A stretch of DNA of 64,000 nucleotides from Lytechinus pictus (Eukaryota). The notes below the pieces were generated by a model, which was not told the DNA's origin, made no database searches, and saw only the letters and a list, made by a program, of their open reading frames with translations. A program made the position numbers and the translations under genes. This document shows, in pieces, positions 53,767 through 64,000 of the stretch (position 1 is its first letter; every line of letters starts with the position of its first letter). The stretch is from positions 1,612,001 through 1,676,000 of the forward strand of contig NC_087250.1 of NCBI RefSeq assembly GCF_037042905.1, read 5' to 3'.

Positions 53767-54347
53767 AGTGTGATCATGATGATAATGGAGGAGTATATGA
53801 TGATCATGATGGTAATAATAATTGTCGTATTAATGCATGATGATCATCTATCTGTTTTCTCCCTATATTATTATGTTTATTGTTATTGAGTGACACAATT
53901 TTTTCAGGTCTTAATTCGAGTCTGTTATTTACCCGAACAATGAACGTCGATCGACACTCATGGTCCTGATAGAAATATTCCCCCCCCCACACACACTTTC
54001 CCTCTCTCCATTGCACTAATCTCCCCCATTCGTTATTCCTCATCTCTGTTCTCCATCTATATCTATTTCTCTTGTTGACTCTCTCCTCATCACACATTCA
54101 CTCACACACCCACACACACCTCTCTCTCCACTCTAATAACATTATCCTCTTCCCTCCTCCTCGCATCCCTATCCTCCATCTATATATGTTCCTCTTGTTG
54201 ACTTCCTCCTCATCATACGCGCACACACACACATCCACACACACACACACACACACCTCTCTCTCCCTCAAATCAATCATCTTTCTCTTCTTCATTTTTC
54301 TCTCTCTCTTTCCCTCTGTATAAAATGTGATATGAATGATCATAAAA

Positions 54348-54780
54348 CGGTTACACTTCGTAATTCCGAAGGGTCTTTATTCCGAAACACGTAAATTGCC
54401 TATACCTCGGTGTTCGTTAATCCGGAAACGTAAAAGGGTTCGTTAATCCGAACATTTGTGGCGTTATTCCGAAGGTTCGTTATTCTGAAGGTTTGATAAT
54501 CCGAAAACGAAATAAGGTTCGATGTTCCGAAGGTTCGTTAATCCGAAAACGAAATAAGGTTCGTTAATCATTTAGTTTTCGGACTAACGAACATTCGGAA
54601 CTACGAATCTCATTTCGTTTTCGGATTAATGAACCTTTGGAATTACGAACCTCACTTCGTTTTCGGACTAACGAACCTTCGGAATTACGAACCTTCGGAA
54701 ATACGAACCGTCGGAATAACGAACTTTCGGAATATCCGAACCTTCGGAATAACGAAGCTTCGGAATTACGAATGTATGCG
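54348..54780. mobile_element. ~430-bp fold-back DNA element with 7-8-bp TSD, specific to unit 3
   Basis: ttcgtaattccgaag / cttcggaattacgaa TIR cores; arms of ccgaaggttcgtta repeats; cataaaac at 54341 and 54781; empty site cataaaacagtgcact in units 1 and 2. Confidence 0.88.
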
Positions 54781-57779
54781 CATAAAACAGTGCACTCTTC
54801 CCGCTCGCTGTGCTCTATTATACCCCCTCAGTAGTGTATTGCAACTTAAGGAAATAAAATCAATCTTACGATCAGTCATATCACATTGCAGTAAATGTTG
54901 CTCGTAAAATTGATTGCTTTCATATACATAGAACATATACCACAGTCATAATGTTAATGTGAAGCCGATTTTATTATTTACAAATTTTCACAAGTTTTCA
55001 GATATCATGGAATAAAGCAAACGAGATTTAATGTGTGTCTGCATTCAGCCATAAAGAAGTGATTTAACAACAAAGTCCAATGTACAACATCTACGATCAG
55101 TGGCCCGGTAACACACAAATTTACGATCAATATGCTCATTGTAAGTATTGATTCGGATCGGTTCATTTTAATTATTCTTAACAATTATGTACATTCAACC
55201 ATGATCATGATTTGCCATTGCCACTTACGATTGATTGCATATATTTTTGTGAAATGGTGACCGAATTGGATTTCCCAATACGAATCTCGTGCTCAAAGAG
55301 TGTGTACAATTGCTCTCAATTATTGTTCGAAATCAGCTTGCTCAAAATACACATTGACAAAAAGGGCAAAAGACTGTGATTCAAAGCCAACCATTCACAA
55401 AGGCAATAGATTACGCGCAAACGAATCAAAGTGAGATAAAAAAAAAATAAAAGAAGTTATTAAAGTTAAAATTCTCTTGAGGCCATGTAGGTTCTCCGAA
55501 AGGCTAGAAACAACTGAGAAATATATCATTAAATGTTTGGCGGGAAAAATATTTTTCATAGTTTGTGTCTCAAATGGCCAGCTACTCAAAAACCCGCCTC
55601 ATCAATAAACAAATGATTTTTTCTAAATTTACAATTCATGACGATTAAATATACAGTGCTGCTTCAAAGTGAGTGAATCCCACTTCACCTGGATTGTTAA
55701 CCAAACAATATTGAATGTTATATTTTGTCACCTGACCGCACAATAAAATGTTTTAAAAGATGGCAGAATTTGAACAATTTCAAATATATGTTCATTTTCT
55801 GGTGGGTTCACTATTTTTTTAGCACTACTGTACTTCATTTTATTAGAGAATATATCGCATTAAGGAATAATATTACTTACATCATGCGCTTATCATACAC
55901 ATTAAGGGCTTTAAATGATACGTTGGACATACCATTAACACATATAATCATTTGATATATTTTAACCAAAATTATATTGATAATTCTTTCTCATAGTTGA
56001 TAAGGAAATACGATATGATGATTTTAAAACAATTTTTTAAACAAGTTTTTCACCAAGTGATCTCTGCAGTACGCTGAAGACGAAAGAGTGTCAAAGTTGC
56101 AAAGTTATTATTGAATGAACTGTTTTCAATTAAACTCACTGTAAAAAAAACAAGCATTATGATTTCTACCAAATTGAAAGAGTATGAGGTTATGTAACAT
56201 GGTTTTCATCATATCATATCACTGGACACGTACAAACTAAAACCATTGGAGAAGAATAATAATCTCACCGACAAAAAATAGCATTAATATTATTAACAGA
56301 ATTAAGAATGAATTAATTCAAAATTTCTACGCGCGTATTGTTCTTTAACCGTTCACCTATTTTTTTTTTAAACAAGTGCACACCTAGTTACCAATAATGC
56401 ACAAAGCATTTCCATCTATTTGAAAGCAGAATAAAAGAGAATTTTAGATTAAATGCCTTGCTCACGGGCATAGGTACCGCGGCCTGGGATCGAACCCCGG
56501 ACTTTCAATGTATAGCCAGGCGCCTTAGACCCCTCGGCCACGACAAGTTTATAAAATACAATCGATAACAACATTATTTGTACAGTTATCTTTTATCTTT
56601 AAATAACAGATTAAAATTCTTATACTAGTCACTGTATTCTTTGCCGTCACCATTATTATCAATATNNNNNNNNNNNNNNNNNNNNNNNNNNNNNNNNNNN
56701 NNNNNNNNNNNNNNNNNNNNNNNNNNNNNNNNNNNNNNNNNNNNNNNNNNNNNNNNNNNNNNNNNNNNNNNNNNNNNNNNNNNNNNNNNNNNNNNNNTAT
56801 CATCATCACGATCATCATCATCATTATCATCATCATCATCATTATCATCATCACGATCATCANNNNNNNNNNNNNNNNNNNNNNNNNNNNNNNNNNNNNN
56901 NNNNNNNNNNNNNNNNNNNNNNNNNNNNNNNNNNNNNNNNNNNNNNNNNNNNNNNNNNNNNNNNNNNNNNNNNNNNNNNNNNNNNNNNNNATGGTATCAT
57001 GAATATAAAGAATAAGGTATAATATATAAACCTTATGTTCAAACAAAAATCACTTAAGTCTCATGTATAAGAGAAATACACATAATTTCCCAAATATATG
57101 TTGATATTGTGCATAAAAGATTGAACCAATTTGCAGTTTGATTTTGCTATGGAACCATCAACATCAATCAAAGACGAATTCTTATTACATAATGATAGTT
57201 TCATAACTATAAAAAAAACTGAACTATTTACAGTATTACATTTCAAAACAAAATATTTCTTACGCAAGGCTTACAATTCTTTATGTAAATAAGGCCAAGA
57301 TGAATAAACATTTATTTTACATGGTTCTGATATTGATCATTATTGTTAATGGTCTGATTGAAAACAAATATTCAAAAGCAAACTGTTATTTTAAAATTCA
57401 CCATTTTCAGTTATACTGTACATAGTGGGTCTGCCTTTCATAAAGGTTGTTTAAAAAATGGCTGAATATATTTCGTGTAAATACAATGATTTTATCATAA
57501 CTTTATCAAGTGTTAGTTCACTGGTTTCTCAGTATATGAATTATGTCAAAATATAGAATTTTTTCTCGAATAAACATTCTATTGAAAAAACAATGCACAA
57601 CTTTTAACCCTCTCAGTAACGGTTTTAGCAAACTCAATTGACCTACTGCACATAGACATGACTATACAGTATATTAAGGGATCGATGTATATTGTTGAAA
57701 CAGATTCTACTCATCAAATCTTCTCCCTCCTTTCTTTCTGTCCAATCATCTTACATTTATCTTCCTATTAGCCCCCGCG

Positions 57780-57814
<35 letters not shown>

Positions 57815-59109
57815 CATGCCAGTCAACCATGCAACATAACATAAGCATGTGAAATATCCATGTGTCCCCCTTTAATAAGTATTGTGCATATTTATGTTCC
57901 ATATCTGTATTTGCAATTAGCGGTCGACTTGGCGCGCCAAGTTCCCTTAATCTTATACGTTATTTACTTTATATACACCGTTGAATTCATTAAACCTTGT
58001 ATTATATTTCTTAGTTTATTTGATAAAAGAATGATGCTAAAAGGAAAATATATTTAAGAAAAACGCTCTTGGCCAATATTTGGGCTAAAAGTGAATATTT
58101 TTTATACGACGGGGTCCCTTATGTTTGCACTTAAAAGGCCAAAATTAATAAATCTACATTGAATCGTATTCCAATCAGTCTTGTTAGTGTTTTGCTCTTA
58201 GTTTGTTCGCTGATAGAAACCTAATTGCTATTAGGATGGCAAGTGAAACAGATGAGATTTAAACAGAAATGTGACACCAATGTTTAAATTAGAAGTCTGA
58301 CAGGCTCATGGCATATTTTTATGGAAGTAATTTAAACCTTGTCCATAAAAAGAATGCATATTTCATTCGCTAAGTGAGGATTACCAGTCCAATTGAGAGA
58401 AAATGATTCCAATCTGTATTGATTTATATCTCTTTGTTCAATTTTACGATAAATCTATGGATTCTTGTACATTCTTGAATTAAGTTGTTCAGCCACTGCA
58501 CTCAGTAGAATCTGATCAATGTCTGCACCTTCAAATCGGAAGTGTGTTTGGTTATCTATCTTTCAAATACCAGAAAATATTGAAATATAAAATATGGCAT
58601 TATGCCACTATGACTTTATTTATTTTGATTTCCTTTTATTTCTGCATTCACATCGGTATCAGAATGTCAAAATATACAAAGGTATTATATAACAAAACTG
58701 TAGTATTAGTCGTAATATAAGTTGTGAAAATAAGTATTACAAGATGTATTATACATTTTGCAAAGCAATACTTTCTAAAGGAAATCCATCGTGGCGTGTA
58801 GGCTTGATGATGATGATGACTGCTCGTCATATTTTATGCAATATGACCTCGCCAATAATATTTTCAACCAGTGATATAGAAACCTAATTCCACATGCATG
58901 ATACATGTTCTTGGATACGGGAGTTTTGGGGTTTATTTTATTTTTTTTATAATAATGGCCTATTGTTAACCGTGATGTGTAAAATGGGTCAGAGTTATTA
59001 GGTCTTATAAGGCCTCACTGCTACAGATATTTAAATTATCCAAAGATGGTATTGTTCTGGTCAGTGTGTCTCATATTCATCATAGTGAATGATCCCGACA
59101 TGTCATCGT

Positions 59110-60916
59110 TTAGAATGTGAGCCGCTTTTCGAATACGAGAATACTATCTCTATCACAAGCAATTATCTTGCCTGATGATGAGATCATTACACGAGATAAT
59201 AAAAGGTGATATTGCCTAAGCTCCACAGTCCATTGATCAGTCACTCTAGTTGATAGAGGGAATGACGTCACTCTTCTCTTCTTCACTTCATTCCCACTCA
59301 TCACCTGATCAATCACACACGTCTTGCGCTCATCATCTGATGTCACAACGTAGAGGTCGTCTGTTATAGGATCAACACAGACATTCAAGATGACATCACT
59401 GTGGGGGATTTCCCTTTGACCACCCTGTCTGTCTATGATTAGTACTCTCTTACCAAGAGGGTAAGGTTGAGCGATGATGTGACCTGATGATAGCACACCT
59501 CGCATCACTACATCCTGTTTACATGTGATGGTATTCACGATCTTACTATCAGCTGGGTTGATGACGTATATCTTAGACTGACCCCACTCAGCAGCGATGA
59601 TCATCCCATCACGGTCAACAGCTACATCCACCCATGAGATATCGCTCGCTGTGTTTCTTGGTATTGTGACGTCATTGATGCGCATCCATTGTCTGTCACA
59701 CACTGATGCATCCAGTCAAACTGTCCGCTGTACAACCTTTGCACCATCTACCACATACTATCTTTTCATAATTCAGTAATGCACAGGAGATAACACATGA
59801 TGTAATCGTACCCGCTATCACTCTCTGGATGTGTTTAGTGTTCATATCTAACATGTATGTATGCAGGCCACCATTGATGATCACATTACATTCATCTATG
59901 CAACCCACAATAATTGGGGATGTGAATTTATCTATGACACTGATTGTATCACTAAGCATCCACTCCCCATCATATCTACCAATCCTACCATCATACTTCT
60001 CTCTCCCAACACCCTTCATAAACCTTACATCTGATATTCTATCAGTGATTTGTTTCACATCATTCTTATAAAGTGGTTTCTTTAGTTTATCAATCACTGA
60101 CATGTTCACACTATGACCGTCTTTAACTATGTTTTTATCGTCTCCTAGTACTGTATCTATGGTCTGTATTGCATTCTCTATTGTCTTTGTGTCATCCTGC
60201 AATGATTTCATCAACTCTCTGATCTTCCTATCCTTCTCTTTAACAATGTTATCAATGTCTCTATGAAGACCAATCTTCTTATTATCCATGTGTCCTTGTC
60301 TAATCTGTGCATTTGTATGGATTAATTCAAGTTGTTTCTCTCTCTCTTCATTGTTCTTTCGAATCTTCTCATTGATCTTCATAATCTCCTCTTGAAGTAC
60401 TTGATTCTGATCATCAAATTCTTGGTTGATTTTGTCAGCCTCCATCTTCTCCTTGACTTTATCTATATTGATCGCATCCTTGATTATGGAATTAACTTCA
60501 TCTGTCAAAGCTTGTAGATGTGTGTCTGTGTCTTTCGTGCATTGGTCAATTTCATCTTCATAAAGACGACCATCTTTCACTTTGTCCCTCGCTCTTTCTT
60601 TTAGAACTGTTAGCCTCGCCCCACTTTCTTTTATTGCATCATTAATATCTTGTTGCACACAAGGCTGTTGATGTTTGATCATAGCGCATGAATAACACAA
60701 TGGTACACCATGAGTTTTACAATATAATTTTACCTTTTCATCATGTTCTTCACAATAAATATTTGGAACGCCTCTTTTAAGTCTTGCGATGCATTCTTCT
60801 TTAGAGGCGCAGTCATCACAGAGTCTCTTCTTCTCCTCCACGTAGTACGTCACATCTGTGATTGATTGACACTCCTTTCCTTCACATTGTTGGTCTGGGG
60901 TGAAGTTAGTTGCCAT
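59110..60916 (-). pseudogene. TRIM-like gene copy 3 with a 2-bp frameshift deletion at ~59698
   Basis: ORFs 59696-60916 and 59110-59703 join into the copy-1 protein; plus-strand tgtcacacactg vs copy 1 tgtcatacacactg. Confidence 0.88.
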
Positions 60917-60957
60917 GGTGATCAGAGTATTGATCTGATGAAAATGGAATACAAAAA

Positions 60958-61267
60958 NNNNNNNNNNNNNNNNNNNNNNNNNNNNNNNNNNNNNNNNNNN
61001 NNNNNNNNNNNNNNNNNNNNNNNNNNNNNNNNNNNNNNNNNNNNNNNNNNNNNNNNNNNNNNNNNNNNNNNNNNNNNNNNNNNNNNNNNNNNNNNNNNNN
61101 NNNNNNNNNNNNNNNNNNNNNNNNNNNNNNNNNNNNNNNNNNNNNNNNNNNNNNNNNNNNNNNNNNNNNNNNNNNNNNNNNNNNNNNNNNNNNNNNNNNN
61201 NNNNNNNNNNNNNNNNNNNNNNNNNNNNNNNNNNNNNNNNNNNNNNNNNNNNNNNNNNNNNNNNNNN
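60958..61267. other. Assembly gap or masked run of N (others at 35347-35488, 56666-56797, 56863-56990)
   Basis: N runs, all at positions that are simple repeats in unit 1. Confidence 0.98.
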
Positions 61268-64000
61268 TTATAAAGAGGGAGAGTTAGAGTGGAGGGGGAG
61301 AGAGAAAGCAAACAGAGAAATAGGGGTGATTTGAATAAAGGGGGGGGGGGTAGAGGTGGAGGGAGGGAGACAGAGTAGCAGTTTAAAAAAAAGAAAAAAA
61401 AAGAATAAGTAAGAATGAGAGTAAGAATAGGGAAGAGAGAAAGGGAGAGTAGGATGAAAAAGTTAGAGAGAGAGAGAAAGAGAAAGAGGGAGAGAGAGAC
61501 AGAGAGAAATAATAAGTCATAGAAACGACTTCTCTCTTTACGTTGGCAAATGCCTTTATTGTGATTTTTTTTTCTTTTTAATCTTGAAAGCTTTAAATTA
61601 GCAATGACATAAATTACAAGAACAAATATTTCTGATTGTTGTGATAAAATGAGAAAACATTCGTTTCTCACAATTTGACATATTACCTGTTGTGGTAAGC
61701 TCTCCAAGATGCCTTATTCACCTAATATTTGCCGAAGATGGCGTGGTTACTTAAGCAGCAGAAGGTTGAAGGTTTACTCCAGGCTGAAAATGATATGAAT
61801 TGAATAGAATAAAAAGAATAATGTCTGACAAAATTGCAATGAAAATAGGAATCATAAAACTATGAAACCCTTCTCGGCTTGGCTTTGTAAATATAAATCT
61901 CCCGACCGTCTGGTTGTTGTTAACTTACGAAATGAACCTTAGGTGATTTACTCAAGGTTTTTTTCCACAAATGAGAAAATAGGATTGACTTTTGATTAAA
62001 TATGTAAGATAATCTTTTTCTTAATTTGTTACTGGGATACATATTGCTCACGCATATACCATCAACTGCATTTATAAACCTACCCTTTTTCACAAAATAT
62101 TGTCAAATTTTGATATTTCCGTTACTTTTTAATCTATAAGTTGATCGATTTTTTTTTTGTGCGCGTTGAAGCTTTCTTGGTTTATATACATGTATATATA
62201 CATTCATATTATTTATGCTTCGAGTAAGCATAAGCAGTTTGATAATATTATGTGACTGTGCGTAAGCCTCGATGTGAAATGTATCATATCCCCCCCCCCT
62301 TCCCCAAACATTGTTCTCACGAACTAAAGTTTTATAGCTCAGTTTTTAACGGATACTTCATTCTCTCACTTATACAGTACGTATCGATAACAAGTTTACA
62401 CTTGGATATCAATGTCTTCACAAAGTGTTCGATAAAGTCCTTCAAAACAATGGTTATAATGACTGAATTAAATGAGAAATACAACAATCATTGGAACTTT
62501 TTTTTTTGTGTAATCACATTCGAGCAACTGTCTGTATGCAATGTCATAAAATAATTCATTAGAACCCCAGTTTGAAATGGTTTAAGATCCTTTAGTGTGA
62601 ATCATATATTATTCCTGGTGATATATTGAATGCCAAGGTATTTTTTTTCTTCATATTTAATGAAACAAATTATGTATGGAAGTTATGTCACATGGCGAAT
62701 AGGGGGTGGCACACTCATAATACTATCACTGAATTTTCCACGAATCTGTTAGTCCTATTTTTTGGAACGGATATTGGTATTAACGTTGGTTACATTGTTA
62801 TATTAATATTATTTCCACTATTAATTTGATCTCGTATCGAAATTAATGTAAGGATCACACACCTTCAATCAATATTTACAATAAATCGAAAAAATTACAC
62901 TGGTATTATTAGAATATACTTCGTACCTTTCAATAAATGTGTTTCATTATATCCTCTAAGATATTGTGACGAAATCACAGAATTACCTTAATCTAAAACA
63001 GACTTTTAGGCAATTTTGTCATCAAATTGGAGACTTAGATTCAGCGAATTGATACACATTGTAGTTTTAGCACGGAGATCACATTGCTATATCTTGGATG
63101 TTGGCTACTTACTGTAATTTCAGTGTTTCCAGCTGGTATGTTATGACGTCACCATATAATGATATCTGAACAAGAATAGGTCGTCGAGATGTTTCTTTGA
63201 TGTTTTTTAATCTTTTATCTCAAGGAAATGAAATTGCATTAATAACGCATACAAGAGTATTGTCCAAAACGGAAACTTTTGACACGATCACATCTCGCTA
63301 CAATGCACAGTGCGAACCAATTTTCTAAAACTGAAGGGGCGTTTCCTGGGTTGATTATATACACTCCATTGAGAACCCATAGAGACAAGAAATGTCACAA
63401 CCAAACAATTTTCAAGTAGTCACATGATGTAGGTGTCCTCGATGTTGTGCTTTGACCCTAAAATGATGGAACCATGATGGCCCCCCCCCCCCCCCCCCGA
63501 CAATGTTAAGCCGAAAATGGCTTTTCATACTTTGCCTACAAAGTCTATGGGACATGAAATTTATATCTAGAAAAAGCGATCAAAGAAGATTATCTGATGA
63601 AAATATTTTTATTATCAACTAAGGGCCTCTTAGTCACCTTTAAATCATGTTTTCTTCCTTTTATGATCCATTCCCTTTCCCCCTTTTTAATTTTCTTTTT
63701 GTATCACTCGAACATTCAAAGGAAGCGTTTGGCACCCACACCCCGTGGAGGCGCTCATTTATGATAGATATTATAGAAAAATGGACTTTATTAAAAACAT
63801 CATGTCTCGCAGTACAAACTGAAATGAACATGAATTACAGAAAAAATAATTACAAGACAATAAACAATATACAGTGTTAACATAGGAATCTAAATTAAAG
63901 GGTCACTCTCGCAGTGCACTTAATTTCAGTAAGGAGAAATACAAACAGAAAACTAGGTAATGTATCCAGGCACTCCAAAAGGGGTACCTGTAGAAAATTA

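Larger units (their letters stand above)
53985..63428. repeat. Segmental duplication unit 3
   Basis: Colinear with unit 1 from ~12500 to ~22260. Confidence 0.9.

Noticed and set aside
59686-59700. Copy-3 2-bp deletion as an excision footprint of the copy-2 element
   Set aside because: It is about 11 bp from the equivalent breakpoint and lies in a short CA/TA dinucleotide run, so slippage is simpler
63306-63312. CACAGTG heptamer as an RSS or element end
   Set aside because: Isolated 7-mer expected by chance; no nonamer, far from the transposase

Overview
AT-rich, repeat-dense animal genomic DNA with spliceosomal introns, tRNA-derived SINEs, L2/CR1-type LINE relics and many MITEs. The repeat repertoire suggests an echinoderm, probably a sea urchin (inference). 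The window has four main components. (1) A tandem array of three ~7-11 kb duplication units, each carrying a minus-strand, single-coding-exon, RING-less TRIM-like gene (B-box1/B-box2/coiled coil/beta-propeller). Each copy is broken differently: a nonsense codon (copy 1), truncation by foreign sequence (copy 2) and a 2-bp frameshift (copy 3). A fourth, diverged flank copy has no gene. (2) Replacing the 5' two thirds of copy 2 is a 10-exon, ~938-aa RAG1-like transposase gene (38478-44247, minus). It has a Chapa/RAG1-N-terminal zinc domain, a C3HC4 RING, a further zinc finger and a DDE core, which fits the Chapaev/N-RAG-TP type rather than true RAG1L. All exon phases are compatible; the only lesion I see is one AG>AT splice acceptor. 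(3) About 500 bp upstream, head-to-head, is a 4-exon gene for a basic ~211-aa protein of unknown function, with a degenerate duplicate of its last exon. (4) Smaller items: a histone H3 pseudogene fragment, a 46-bp minisatellite that flips orientation, the first coding exon of a sulfotransferase, and several MITEs whose empty sites are visible in sister units. The junction at 38106 also places an in-frame AG acceptor and an ATG in front of the surviving propeller ORF, so a RING-propeller chimera is possible but untested.
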